Positions 1 to 13,933 are shown, numbered from the stretch's first letter. The stretch: DNA of 64,000 nucleotides from Raillietiella orientalis (GCA_036172245.1 JAYWIR010000018.1:1302001-1366000); one strand, 5' to 3'. The notes: a model not told the origin generated them from the letters alone. Translations and numbers: made by a program.

Positions 1-460
1 TCACTACTTCTGGAAGATGAGGCCACCTGGCAGCTGTCGTGTCGTCATGTCGTCGGCGATTGCGGTGGCCTCTCGAGGGATCTCCTGCGCCTCCAACTGG
101 CAGCGGGCCGTGACGATGGCACGGATGCAACAGATCGTTGCGATTACCACACCTAACGACAGGCTGCCTAGCGTGAAGAAGCAGCGCATCAAAATCCTTG
201 CGGTGTCCCCTTGGTACAGGAGCGCTGAAGCCAGCCTCTACCACAGTCCTTGGGGGACACCGCAGTCGAAGAGCAGGTGCGGGAGAGTTTCCGCCGCTCC
301 GCACCTTCTACAGTTCGGAAAGGCAACTCCCCCGGAAACAAGGTTGCTGCGCTGGTTGCAATAGAAGCCCCAATGCACCAGCAAGAGCACGTCCTGCTTC
401 CATGGAATGGGGAACACAGAAGTGTCCACACACAAGGGATCACATCTTCACGCTCGTGAC
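1..460 (-). mobile_element. Decayed L1/Tx1-like LINE, ORF2 C-terminal zinc-finger region
   Basis: Minus-strand frame WKQDVLLLVHWGFYCNQR..NCRRCGAAETLPHLLFDC..LW contains the CxxC-x-H-x4-C motif of non-LTR ORF2. Confidence 0.7.
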
Positions 461-3263
461 AAAGGAGGTCCATGGGTAAGGAGCACATCAGAGATTTGCA
501 GAGGAGTCTCCCTGCGTATTTCTCTGGCCAGGATTTTTTAGACCGCTACGAGAAAGATGGGAAAGGGCCTCTGGTTTCGCGGATCAACGAGCTCTCACGT
601 GGAGCAAACCAGAGCGAAAGGACGAGGAGTTCACGCCTCTTCAGGATAGGCATGACAGAAGCTAACACGGAGCATCCCGATGGAAACTGCAACAGGGGTA
701 CTAGCTTTCTGGGACATCCTTCCCGTGTCCTGTTTGTCGAGGCTGGCGTTTTTTATTCATCTTTCCTGAGGGAAGGTCCAGTCGGATTGCCGTGCCCTTT
801 CTCTAAGGTCCCTTTCGCGTCCTCCCTTTTTGTTGGGAGAGAATGGGAGGCACTTCTCAACGCTTGCTTTTTTTCCCCTGAACCTCGTCCCGTCCCGGAG
901 CAAGCAGGAAATGCTCTCCACAACCGGCATTCAGGTGGATTCTGTTTTTTGCACACGAGAGAGCCGCTGACCTCCCGAGCTCATCCTCCTGCTCTCTAGG
1001 GAGGCAAGAGCCCGTTCCTGTAAAGCACATGGTCGAGATGACTCCCCCATATCTCAGGTACCACGCAGTTGCTCTTCCGGTTCTCATTGACCTCACGCAT
1101 CCATCTGGAACAAAAGAATCTCAGTTATTGCAGGCGTTCCAGAACTTACCATGAGTTTGTTCTGGTTCCAGGGCTGCTGGTCCAAGATGTCGGCAGGCCC
1201 CTCAAGGGACAAGGGGCTAGGGCTGTTCCGATGTCTCGGAAAGCACCTATTCGTTTCCTCCCTCCTTTTCGTCGCCTTCTTCGTCGGAGCCATCAGCGAA
1301 GCTCTCTCCCTGGAAAGAGTCCTCTCTTCTTGCTCACTTCGGAGCTCTCATCCATCGACCTCTCCGGTCCAGGAAAGTCTCACGGAAGAGCGGGGGGGGG
1401 GGGGGCGTAGGAAAGTTGACTTCTTCCCTTGGTTGCTCCCATCCCCCGACCACCTGCCCGCTGCTCGGAGTGCCATCCTCCAGGTCCTCTCCTCGACTCG
1501 CTCTTTTCCGCTCGTCGTCTCCTGCCACCGCCGCGGGTCAGTGCCAAGATGTGTTCTCCAGCGTTCTTCTTCCCTACTATCCGGGAAAGTCGTTGAGCTT
1601 GCAGTGCCTCAGGGGGCTGTTGCTCTTCTTTCGCTTGACCACCTACCGCTTTCCGCGATATGGGTGGAGCTCCGTAGACTGGCAGGATGACTCGTCCCTT
1701 TCGTGGCAGGAAGCGAAGAACTGCCGAGGCTTCCTATTGGACAGTGGCCTTCGAATCTTCCTTCTCCAACGCTTTCTGCCAATCAGGAGCTTCAAATCTC
1801 CCATTGGTTGCCGGCACTCCCGTTCCTGTTTGCCTCCTGCAGATTCCCCCTCCCTTCTCTTCCTCCTTTCCTTCCTCTTTTTTCGGCCTTGCTACGCTCG
1901 TCCGGGTCGATCCCATCTTTTGGGAAGATTACGGAATCTTTAAAGGGAAGGAGGGAAAGAGGGTGAGTCCTCGGGAAGAGCCTCCATGAGAGTGAGCTCC
2001 AGTCTGCTGCACGGGGAGTCCTCCGGATCCAGGGACACTCACGGCACTCTAGGATTCAGGACTCTCAGCAGCGATCCCCGCAGTGGAGTAAGAGTGGATG
2101 CCTTTCTGCGGATGGTCTCCTCTCCTTCATCTGTATTCCTCATTACTTCCCTGAGTTTCCCGGAGGATATGATGGAAGCGCCATTCCGCACATCTCCGGC
2201 ATCTTGGCACAAGACTGCTGTTCCTTCCCGTAAGAAGCAGGAATGGCCTAAGGGAATTGGGGGCTATCGGGAGCACTTTTCTGGAAGACCCTACTTGCGA
2301 GAACAAGGAGTGCCAGCTCCTACCCAAAGACGGTGATTTTAAGATGCCAAGCGTCGCAAAAGGGGAAAGGGAACCATGGCTACGGAAGACTCTCTTCAAT
2401 GCTGGAAGTGGAGGTGGGTTGAGCAGGTGTTTCGGTTCTCCAGGAAGGTCGGCGGGTGAGTCATTTCGTGGTGTCAGAGCAGACGAAGAAAAGAAGCGGG
2501 AGGGAGAGGAAATAAAAGGGTGTTGCTCTAGCCGTGCCCTCCAGCTAGCCATCCTTCCTAACCCGGCGAAGCAGAGCAGCATCGGTCGGCTGCCTCGACC
2601 GGACGAGGGGAAATCAAACCGAGAAAAGCAAGGGGAAGGCAAGGTGCTCTCCAGCGGAACTGGACTACTACCTTCCCTCATGGCCACCTCAATCGCTTTG
2701 GTCAGGCATCACTGGGATGGAACGAGGGGCAGGAGCAGCATGCCGCACACATCTTCGCAGCCTCTCCGAGCTAGAGGAGGGAAGCGATACGGTGGCGAGG
2801 TCCTTGGGCGTGCTGGTCGCCGACCCTCGGTAACGAAAAGGGTCCCTTCTCAGAGTTGCTCATTCCCTCCTCCTGACATCTCGTCAGAAGCGGCACACGG
2901 GAGGCGCTGCCCAAGTTTACACAAACGGAGGGGGGGGGGGGACTTGGATCCGCCAGCTAAACTACCAAAAGGAATTCATCGGGAACGCAGCACAAATGCG
3001 AGTCTTCGTTCGTGGGAACTGCGAGAGGGAAGTCCGACGTCAGCGGCGCGCAGTCGGTGGGCTGCTTTCTTCTCGAGATCTCTCACGATGGAGGAGGAAG
3101 AATCCTCTGCGAATACCGACGGACCCGCACGCTTGCGGATCATGTGACCCGAGGTGCGAGCCGAAGAAGAGAAACGACGTTATCCCGGCTTCTCCGAGCC
3201 TTCTCGTCTATTTATAACGGTAAGTGCTTTCGGAAGCAGCTCCCACTTTTAAAAAAGAGAAAT

Positions 3264-6200
3264 ATGGGTGTGGAGGAAAGGGGAATTTCCTGGATGGGGA
3301 TGCATCCCAAGGGTGACAAGAAGAGACCTCTAAATTTAAATCTTCATCCCGGATTGGCCCCCTATCCGACTTACGGATTGACAAGAAAGCTGTTCTGCAG
3401 GACAGGATGGTTCTTGGCACTTTATCCGGACGGCATGGTCAGGGGAACCAGGGAGCTGTTTGACAGATACAGTGAGTATTTTTCTGTCTGAATGTCCTGG
3501 CTTCCGCAGCATCCCTTGTCGCGAAGTGCTCGAAAGCTCCAAAAATCTGAACTTCCCGAGCTCTCCGGCGCGCTGAGCGTTACGTTTTGGGTTTGGGACA
3601 CGCCCAAACCCTGGTTATCTGGGCCACGGCTTTGATTCCGTCGAGGGAAGGGGGACTTGATTTCGGAACCTTCCCAGATAACGAAGATGCCATGCAAACG
3701 AGCTCGACCCGCTTTGCAGCAATAGTTCGTAGCGCTGCCGAAGAGGCCGGTGTCCAAAAAAAAAAAAAAAATCAAACTTACATAGCAACATGGAGCCAGG
3801 GACAACTGTGAAGAAATGCGGGTCAGCAGATCTCTGACCCCTCTTCTCATCTCCTTCGAAAAATGACCCGGTGGTGGACACACATGAGCTTAACGACCGG
3901 GTGCTACTCGGTGTTATTCTGCGGCGAGGGAAGCACTTTGGACCAGTTCTTTTGCTTGGTCAAAGCGAACCATTTTCCTGTGAGGTGGTGAAGTGCTGGG
4001 AGAGGGTTCTTCTTGGGCCGGCCGGCTTTCTCCACCCGTCCCAGTATACAAACCTTCTTATGGATGGCGTGCGCGCGCTTATTTGATCCCACTGTTCATT
4101 TGAATTCCTTTTTGTTTGTCCAGCCTAGTCAGTTAGCCGGGAATCGTGGGGTGCTCGAAACGGTTTTCTGCAGCTTCCGTTTCAGGCTAGCTAATACATC
4201 GATGAATCCGTGCCTTAATGGTGCCATTAGAATCTAAAAGGAGACATTCTCTATAAACACAAATCCTGTTTCTGAATTGCTTACTGCTCCTCCCACTTAC
4301 CCATTCTGTTATTCTACGTTATTAAATGCGTGTCTTCTATCATGCGTTTGTCGTGCGGCTTTCGCTCCATAGGAAAATGTCACGATAGTTTTACATATGT
4401 GGATACGATTTCTGTATGAGGTTGAGAATAGAAGAAGGAAAGAGTAGACGAGGATGAATGCGTGAATTATGGAGAGGATCTCATTCCAATTCCTTTTGGG
4501 GGTCGTAATACGTAAACCAAAGGAAGGTCTTCGGACGGAGCAGTTTCATACACTGATGGAATTCTTGAGCTTCAGTTCTTTATAGGTTACTAATGGTCGC
4601 TTATTCATGTTAAGCACTGCGCTGTATTACACCATACCCCTTAGAGGTGGGATACTTCTCTCTGTTCAGTAATTCACCCTTAGAGTTTTGACTGCTTGTT
4701 GCTCCTGGGAACGTAATCGCTGTGCAACTGCGACTTGCTGGGGAATGGGGCTCGACAGCGGCATTCATCTCAACTCTTCCCTCACGTTAAATTGGAGCTT
4801 CCAAGTCAAGCGAACTGACGGCGCAGACACGGCGCCGAAGTGCGTTTGCTTTGGTGTTTTGGTCCTTTGAATGGCTCCGTCACAGTCGTGAAAGCTTTGA
4901 TGAGTCAGGATGCCATGTGGCAGATGGTCACCAGCGCTGGGCTTCACCCTGTTTCCCTTTGTTCCCAGTGGTCGCTGCCAGTTGACTAGCCGTGATGCGC
5001 GATGTCTTCTCGGTCAGAACACCTCTACTACGTTCGCTCCATATGTGACGTTGTTTCTCATGTCAAGAGGAGGTTATCAATCCAAAGGGGAAAAAAAACT
5101 GCTAATCGATCGTTTCAAGAGTCCAGACCAGTGAATGATACTCAACCTTTCTTCCTCTCGGGCCACATACATAAATTTGCAACATCACGCGGGTCGTACG
5201 TTATATATTATAATATAATCATGTAAGAAATTGATTCTACAAGTTTGAACACAATATAATTTTTTTTTTACATTCATATATTTTATGCAAAAAAATATGA
5301 AGAATATGGATGTAAACAAACACGTTTTTAATTGTGGTGAGTTGAGCAGAGACTGTATTCTTTCCGCGTACCAACACTTGAAATGATAACAAAACGAAAC
5401 GGTACGCAACAACGTTGTTGTACCAAATCACGAAACGAGCGAAGGACAACTCGCGAGAGGCGCGGGGTGCCAACTGCTCGTGGATTTGCCTTCTATAAAA
5501 ACTGCCACCCGACTATCAGAAGGTCTAAAAAAACACTCAATGGCTGTGAATGATATGGGCCGCACATGGGAAGCTTGGAGGGACGCAGACTGAGCATCGC
5601 TGGTCCAGACGATCTCAAGTACAGATCAGTGGTCTATCAAGTACAGACTGATGGTGTTTTCATTTTTATTTTTTTTTTGTCGTTGATAAACTTATAAATT
5701 GCGTGGCGCTGCTAGGATCGGGGAAGCAGAAAAATTTGCGTTATTGTCCGAGCGCTTCATTTGAACTCCCGTTGGAATATTTCGTGCGCGGACAGCACTT
5801 CTCGTTGCCATGCATCTCTTCCCCACTGGTGCGTCTTTTTTTTTTTTTCGAGTGCTACCCCATCGATTTCAAGAAGTGCGTCGCTTCTTCGAGGTCTGCG
5901 GACAACCACCTGATAGGAGCGGAATTTCCCCGAATCCAGAAAGATGCTTCATCCCACGCATCCCGGTAGGATCGGCCTCGCGATCTTGGATGCTTGTACA
6001 TGTGACCTTCCGAAGATAGAGGATGGAGATAGAGGCCGCATCGGCGGCCGTGCGGCTGCGGTCTCCGGGCGCGGAACCGAGCGTTGCGGGTTCAAATCCC
6101 ACCCGCCGTAAAGGATCGACTCCGGGAAATGATAGAGGTGAGTCGTGGGTTTGAAGTCCTCCCTGCAGGACCATGCCGGTTGGACTATCCGGGTGCGGCA

Positions 6201-7916
6201 CTCGCGGAAGACGGATACCCCCGTTGACTGGCCGGAATTGGAAGTTGATCCTCAACTGGTTGTGAAAAGGGAGGTCCGTGCCGTGGGGCTGGTTGTGATA
6301 CCTCTCTCGGAAGGGAGGTTGCCTCTACCAAGCGTAAGAAGCTCGCCGCTCCCTTCAGGGAAATTTGGAGGCGCCCCTTTGGGGTTCTCTTCAGGGGAGG
6401 AAACAGGGAGCGGTTCCCTTGCGGGTTCCCTCAGGAAAAGAAAGCAGGAGAGGTCCCCACAGGCAGAGGAGAGAATTAGGAAGAGGTGGTTCCCTTCGGG
6501 ATTCCTTCCCAAGCAAGCGCGCGAGGAACGGATTCCTTTCTCCGGAGCCTTTCCTGAATCCATAGGGCAGTCCATCCTGGAGTGGCCCCTATAACTTGAA
6601 GAGTCACACGCACTCTCGAGGGTGGCTTGGACAGCTCCATGGGTGCCCTCCTAAGGAGGCGAACAGTTCTTAAGCACTCCCTGAGAACCAAAAAAAAACG
6701 AAAACCCGAGAAAAAAAAAAGAAAAGCTGGAAGGGGAGGAGGAGAACACCGAAGGATTGCCATCACCGTAGGCGAACCGCAGCGGTCTCCCCGTGGAGTC
6801 GCTGCTAGCCATTTTTTTGGAAAGAAAAAGAACGACGGAGGATTCGCGCGCAGCGTGCCACAGGCACACTGCGCCTCTTTCCTGACCAGAATTCCTGCGC
6901 TGTCCCCAGATTCCGCGAAATGGATCCCCGAATCCATAGTCCCTGTCGTCTTCCGGATCAAGGAAGAGCGGTCTTGACCGCTTCTTCAGATGCGCGACGC
7001 TCGTTGGCAATTTCTAAAAAGAAATTAAAAAAGCGAGGTGCCCTCTACCTCTTTATTTTTTTTTTTAGAATAAAAACGGAAAAAAGAGAAAGCACTGCGT
7101 TGACTGCTATGAGTGACATCAGGTTGCTTGCCGGGTGTTCGATGGTCGTCTGTATCCCACTCCGCTCCCACTGGTCGCGAGGCACCCGAACGTGTCACCA
7201 GCGCTGCTGCTGGTAGCAGCAGAGTGCGGAAGGAGCTCGGGACTCGGAGGCAGTCGATAGCCCCTCCCCTCCCCCTCCTCCGCTCGCCACCTGAAAGGTG
7301 AGAGCCCACCGCGCTCGCGACGCTGCCGGCGAGTTGCCGTGGACCCGCCGCCGCCTGCACGGTCCGTGGTGGCCTCAAGCATGCCTGCGGAGACCTTGAA
7401 AGCCAGGAGACTTCTCTCCTCGGCCGTGCCGGAAGCGCCTGCGCGCCTCAGAAGGCGTCCACTCCCTCACCACCACCCCCTGCCTGGATCACTGCTGCTG
7501 TGTCCCGTAGGTGTGTTCGAGTTCAGCTCCCACGACGTGGGCGAGATACGGATGCTGGGCGTAGCTGCCCGGATGTACGTGTCGATGAACAAGAAGGGCC
7601 GATTGTTTGGTCAGGTAAAGTGAGCCCAGACGCTCTCCCCTCAAGGAGAGCCCCCTCTCCCTCCAAATCCTCCTCCCCCTCCTCCCTTCCCCTTCTCCTC
7701 CCTTCTTGTTCTTCTCCTTTCCAGGAGGACGCGAGGGACGAGGGGACGATCTTCCACGAGAAGTACTCGAACGGGTACAATGTCTACCTGAACAGGAAGT
7801 ACGCCTGCCGCGGGTGGTTCCTGGGGATCAAGAAATCGGGGAAGCCCAAGGCTGGAAAGAATACCTGGTGGAGCCACAGGGCCGTTCAGTTCCTTCCCTG
7901 GCCCGTGAGCGAGTAA
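3264..7916 (+). CDS. FGF: Fibroblast growth factor, arthropod FGF1-like, about 167 aa; exons 3264-3471, 7511-7614, 7725-7916 (the true N-terminus may include upstream exons)
   Basis: Spliced product reads ...RKLFCRTGWFLALYPDGMVRGT..DRY/SVFEFSSHDVGEIRMLGVAARMYVSMNKKGRLFGQ/EDARDEGTIFHEKYSNGYNVYLNRKYACRGWFLGIKKSGKPKAG..AVQFLP, an FGF beta-trefoil core. Both introns are GT-AG (phase 1, then phase 0), and the middle exon has the canonical 104-nt FGF length. No signal peptide is evident. Confidence 0.93.
6035..6767 (+). mobile_element. tRNA-headed SINE-like repeat, copy A (in FGF intron 1)
   Basis: Pol III B box GGTTCAAATCC at 6089-6099. Body motifs (CCCCGTTGACTGGCCGGAA, GAGGAAACAGGGAGCGGTTCCC, ATAACTTGAAGA, A-run) are shared with six other loci in the window. 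Confidence 0.8.
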
Positions 7917-7989
7917 GAGGAAGGCCCTTCCAGACCCGGACTCTCGCGGAGGCGGAGAGCACGGAGAGGAGGAGGCGCCACCCTCCCCG

Positions 7990-8500
7990 GATACGCGACC
8001 CTTCCACTACCACCATTAGCAGTGGCTCAATACAGGCGCACCTGCACGCCGCTTGGGTGTGGCACGGGATGCCTGGGATCCGGCAGCTCGTCGCGGTCCG
8101 GAGGTCAGCAGCAGTCTCCCCTCTTTCAGAGTTGGAGGCGAGGTCTAGGCGCGTCGCCAGCGGTCTCCCAGGCAAGACCGCTTCTTGCAGGACGGCATCT
8201 TCCTCCCCGTTCTTCCCGCCCGGTCTTTCCTGGGGAAAGAGGGTCGTCTGGGGCTGGCCTGAGCTCTTTCGCAGTACCTCTCGGAGGGAAACGGGAGGGG
8301 GGTCTCTCAGGGTCCCCGGGAGCGGCACGTCTTTCCTTCCGGTGCGAGCGCGCGAGAGGCGAGGTAGCAACTCCTTGCTCCAGCATCCTTGTTCGGAAGA
8401 GGGCGCCTCCTCGTCTCCTGCGCGTCCTACCCGGTTGAGAGCTCCATCCCTACCGGGGAGGGACCACGCCCCGGAGGCGGATGCAGGCAGACCCTCTGGG
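7990..8500 (-). mobile_element. Possible LINE ORF1 remnant just downstream of FGF
   Basis: CRIPGIPCHTQAAC fits a degenerate CX2CX4HX4C zinc knuckle; the region is GC-rich. Confidence 0.3.
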
Positions 8501-11500
8501 ATCACGCGGAGCGGAAGAGCCACCACCCCTTTCTGGATTCGCCTTCCTCGGACTGTGGGAGGGGAGGCGTCCCGGCTTCGCCCTCCCACCCACTTCCAGC
8601 CTCCCTCAGGAGGAAGAGGGGGCTGAGCGGTCGCCCCCTGCTGACCACCTCCGAGAGGTCAACGGGTTGTCCCCTACAAGACTGGGAGAAATCTCGACGG
8701 ATGGGTTCACCCGGAAGGGGGAATTCGAAGGAGTGCCTCTGAAGTCCACGATCTGCGGACTCCTCCTCTCCCTCTTCCCGATACCTCGGAGCCAAGCGAG
8801 CGAGGCGGAAGAAGCCGTCACCCGAGACGACGGCCGGGAAGAGCCGCTGTCGGAAAGGAGCGCGCGCGTGCGCTCATCGTCAAGAGCAGATCCGGTTGCG
8901 GCCGGAAGAGCCTCAGCCTCCGCCGCCGTCATGGTGCGTCGTAGTCGCTCCGCCCGCCGGCTCGGAGACGCGCGCGCGCGCTCCATCCGGGGCCACCGGG
9001 GCAGAGGGGACGGAAGAGAGGGGGAAAGGCTCGGGCAGAAGGTTCGAGAAGCGCTGTTGCGCGCCCGGTGAGCGGGGAGACCGGGAGCACCGAGGACGCG
9101 CGTGCCTCCGGGAAAGACGACGCGGGCGTCGGGGCTCCCAGGGCGGCGGAGGAGCAAGGAAGGACCCGCAGGGATCTGCACGCGTCCTTGGGGCCGCCAT
9201 CCTTTCGCTCCGGATGCTGGCGGAGCGCGGCGGCGGAGGAAGGATGACGAGTGCTCGGGAAAATCTAAACCTCCCTGCCGCCTCCCACACCCGGTCCAGC
9301 CATTCTCTTCGCGGGGCACACGGTCCGCGCCCGCTTCGCTATCGTCAACGCTGCCAGTTTTTACCGATATCGGGGACTCCTTGGCGACCGATCCTGAGCG
9401 GCGCGGGAAGACGAAGGGGCCGGTTACACTGCCCCGGACCTTTCGCGAGCCTCGGGTCGCCTAACGGATTCGCGCCCATTTCGCCGCCGCCACCACCACT
9501 TCTCGCGCTGATGCAAACCGTTATCATCGAGTCCTCGAGTCGCTGGCGGGGAGAACCTCACCCGTTCCGGAAGTGATCGGAGCGCGCAGCGCCGGCACGC
9601 CAGCAAGTTTTTCTTCCCGGGTTCCTCCCACCCTCAGTCCAGTCGAGCGCCCGGGCATTCCGCAGGGCGGAAGTCGGGATCCAGCGCAGCATCCAAACTG
9701 CGACGAGCACTCTGATGCTCGCGAAGGTCTTCCCTCGGAAAATCAGAGGCGGCCAGGCGGACTTTCAGGAACACTTTTGGCCCCCAGCGGCTCTGATGCT
9801 GGCGATGAGGCACTCGCCCAATGCGTCACGGTGTCACGTGCTGACGGACAATGAACTCATCGGTGCCCTCTGGCGCGGCAGTCCTCCGATGTTCGGTCGA
9901 GAGGGGCGAGGCGCGGGGTCAACCCGGAAATTCGTCGCGCGTGCTCTCGCGGATGATCCGGGGCGCCTCAACGGCAAGCCCAGCACGTGTCTGTTCCTGC
10001 CCTCCCCGAGAAGGGGAAGTTCTGCAGGTCGAATCGAATCGAACGCAGACAAATGGTTGCCAAGGCTGCCAGGGTATTTCGAGCTGCTCGGACGAGCTCT
10101 CCGGCCAACGTAGGGAAGTACCGCGCTTCACCCCACTCGGAGGAGTGCTGATTTCATGATTCCCAATCCCGCTTTGGACTGTTCGGGAGGAATGCCGGAG
10201 GACAACTACTTATTGCTGGCATTAGCTCCCTCTTGTCTCCCCACTTGTTGTGATAGCACAGGTCTGGTAACACTTCGTCAGCGAATGTTTCGTGAAAAAA
10301 GCTTCTGATTTGCACTGATGGTGGATGCAGATCAGCCAGAGATGATTCCCGACTGCATTTGCGAAACAGTACGATCCCAATCAGCATGGGATTCGCTTTA
10401 TGATGAGTGCAGTCGCACACATTTTATTCCTACTTGTACGCGCTAAAAGATATGGTACGTGAACAAGTGGAAATTAAAATACTCCGGAGTGTTCGGAAAA
10501 AGCAATCATACAGAAATGGACACCATAATGAGTCCATGAAGCATTGCTTTTTTTGTCGTGATCACATTACGAATGATCACGCATCAGCTGTTTGTTCTAC
10601 GTGTGTGATGAGGAGAAGAAAAAAACACACACAAATTATTTATTCATTTATTCTCATCATATTTTAGGGTTTTTTTTTTTTTTTTTTTTTCCACGAGAAC
10701 TTTCCAAAGGAAATCTGAAAATCGTTGGCACTCCCCGAAACTCCGGAGGTGTTTTGAAACATCCGAATGCACTCGATTTGTCTCCGTGCCCAATTCGCTG
10801 TACGCGGAGTACAATTGTACGCACCGGTCAACGTTCCAATCCTATTCGCGCGATATGCGTGTGCAACCAACTAGTGGATTAATTAATCAGCCAAATCACA
10901 CGTTCCATGCTTCTTGCATGAAGCTGAAGACGTGCACAGTGGATTGGAAATGGAGTTTTTATTCAAAGACTTCGTGCTGGAGATTTGCACCGCATTCACA
11001 GAAGTTTTAATGCTCGATATCCCAAATTCCTACTAATCCGCGCGATGGGTTTCGAAAACCGTTCCATCTAATTCACGTTTCAAACTCGGCACAACCACTG
11101 CAGTAATAAAAGTTTGTCCTCCACACCTGAAGAATAAATCCCTACTCGGTGTTCGGAAGCCCTTGTTCCAGATTGGTCTCTGTGCCTTCTGTTGGGGACC
11201 GCTTTTTTTTATTTATGTGAGGAAGACGGAAGCAAAGAATGAAATGAGAGGAGCAATCTAAATGAGGAGCAGTCATCACTTTTCAGGGAGTGACTTTGAA
11301 TACGTTGTAACGGAGTGTTCCATGTTAGCAGCAAAGATAACAACAGACGGGGCAACCATGGCAACACGCGCGCGCACACACGACTTTCCCTTACAAAAAT
11401 TGCGTGTTTCTTGTCTTCGATACTGAAAAAATACTGAGACGTTTCGTTTAAAAGTTATTTTGAAGTTTCTAAAATGTTTTCCATTTTAGAAACACCAGGG

Positions 11501-12437
11501 GCGCTTGATGGTGATTCCCTTAATTACTTGCTCCCCACACTTAAGGGCACCTAAAAAGTTATATTCGTTCGTTGTAAGATGGTCATAACGAGGTGCGGGT
11601 GTGTTCATTTTTGCTAATATATGTTGGGAGCATGTCCTTTGGTTGCAACTTCACTTTCCAGCTGCCATTACCTTCTACCTACCCACGAACTTCATAAACG
11701 GGAATGGGGAATCTGGTCTTCTCAGTGAATTACGAAGTTTTTTGGTCTTTTTTATTTCGGGGATTTCCAGTGCTATGAGGAAGATGGAGAAAAAGGTACT
11801 GCACATTATTCAGGTTTCTATGGAGCCCAGATGGCTGCTGACTCCCGTTCCGTAATGGCTTCCGGTTGCCTACGGATACGAATCTCGCCATCAACTCACA
11901 TCCGCATCTAAGTTTCTTCTGCATTCTTCATAAGAAATTTAGCGCTTCTTTGCTAACAACGAGACAGATGCTGCTGTAAGACGAGCCGGAAGAGGAAGGC
12001 AGCACATCCAGTCGTGTGGTTGCTTGCACTGAAGCAGAGTGCCATTTCAATTTCTCTCTCAGCGTTGGTCCTGAAAGCAAATAGAATCCTAGCGTGTCGA
12101 AACCGTAGGTTTCAGGGGGTGAGGGATGCACACTGTCATGTATAAGAGAGGCAATGCTGTACACAACCCATATCCCGCAGATTTATAAAGGCAGCCGTTG
12201 AGATGAAACTTTTCGCTGTCCTCTCGGGAATCCGAATCAGCCGAATCCTAGGACTGGCTGCAGACCTATTTGCGTGTGAACTTTCATCGTGCCTGCTTTT
12301 CGAAACGCTGGCAGTTCGTTTCCGTTCAGCCATAAGTGGAACTGAAAAAATTTGAAGCAGAAGGACTCGAAAGAGCATTCCACAGTCATCTGGTCTTTAT
12401 TCCGAGCAATTAAAGCTGTATCTTGGGGACTTCCCTT

Positions 12438-12439
<2 letters not shown>

Positions 12440-12469
<30 letters not shown>
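12440..12469. repeat. (GT)n microsatellite
   Basis: About 14 uninterrupted GT units. Confidence 0.9.
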
Positions 12470-12470
<1 letters not shown>

Positions 12471-13933
12471 TTCGGGAAAGAAGCCAAGTTTTTTTTTTCT
12501 CTCATCCGGAAAAAAAAAAAAAAAAAGAAAAGAAAGACGCCTTGGGGTAAAATCGAAAGAAAAAGATGACTGAATAATGGCGAATTCCGATCAGTTTCTT
12601 CCGTGACGAGGCACGGGATGAGAATTTGGCGTGGCACTTCGTGACGGCAACACGACGACACTTCGACGGAGGTTCCCGTTGGAATGGCTTCCCATGGAGT
12701 CACAGCAGAACACGGTTGGCTGTTATTTTTAAAAGAAGACTTTGCCGGACATTGCATTTTTAGCATGCGAGGAAGCGGCTGGTGTTTCGTTGCAAAAATA
12801 GCAGTTCGGAAGGGGCCCATTCCCCCCCGATTGTGTACACACTTATAAGAAATGGCTGGCACGCTTCCAGGATTGCCGAATGTGTTGTGTGCTGCGAGCA
12901 TCCGAGCCAGACAACGCAGTTGTCGCCGAGTCCAGAGCTGAATTCGAAACCAGCGAAAAAATGACACCAGGAAATCATCATCAAAAGACGACCAGTCGCC
13001 GCCACCGTCAGTCCACTTTCGTGCCATCTTCGTCGAGTTTAACCGCGCCATCCAAGAAAACAGCGCCATGGTCGAGCTGAAAATCTTCGGGGACGGGCAG
13101 GGATCACCCCCAGGGCTTTGCCGGCGTTTGATTTTGTGTCCTTGTCCACCCTGGAAGCACCGCAACCCGCGTTTCCTGCGTTCTGCACTTTCGTTTTTTT
13201 AGCACGAGAGGATCCCTGTTGTGTTTCTGGTGCCCGAAGAGCTCCACCTTTTGATACTCCCCTTCAAAGGTAAACACAGACGAGGACGACGCTTTGTTTT
13301 TGTGCTCGCGCGCGCGTCTGTGAGAAGTCCGGGAGAAGCTCACGAGGAGGAGCCGAAAGAGGATTTTTTTCCCAGGAATTTCGGAACCACTAACGAGAAT
13401 TCGATCACCGACGAATCTGTTCTCCGATAAGCCCGTGATAAAAAAATCTCTGACTTGTCGATGGAAAATACCAACCGGCCGAATCGACTGTGGTTCAAAC
13501 ACCACAAAGTCCTGCTTCTTCTGTACACAGAGTCTGCTCTCCGAATTCGTTTTACACTGTCCTAGAAAAACGATCGTCTTGTAGGGAATACCCATATCCA
13601 AAAAAAACAAATATATATATGTGTGTGTGTATATTTCTTTTTTTTTTTCATGGCTCCATCGAGGAAACTCTCGCGTGCTGAAATTCTGAAATGGCAGGTT
13701 AGCCACCCTTGTTTCCCGACACTCGAAAATTTTACGGTCAAGGGAATATTCTGCGGGAAGGCAAAAAGAAAGAAAGAAAGAAAGGGAGGAGGGGGGGGGG
13801 CTAATGCTGCTGGGAAGATGGAGGCAGAACGAGAAAATTCTTTTGTAATCTTGTGGTTTACTCGCCCGTTCGTCTCGCTTCGCCCAGCTCGAAGTACCCA
13901 GCAGCGAGGCGACGCAGTTTGCTCACGAGCGTG

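Noticed and set aside
2257..3147. 296-aa ORF and other long GC-rich ORFs (7706-8626, 51113-51913, 53459-54214, 58213-58989)
   Set aside because: No recognisable domains. They are low-complexity and overlap in several frames, as expected in GC-rich decayed repeats.
6035..6105. tRNA gene (also at ~42950, ~51500 and ~57500)
   Set aside because: Only the B box / T-arm is recognisable. There is no convincing cloverleaf, and each copy continues into the same long repeat body, so these are SINE heads.
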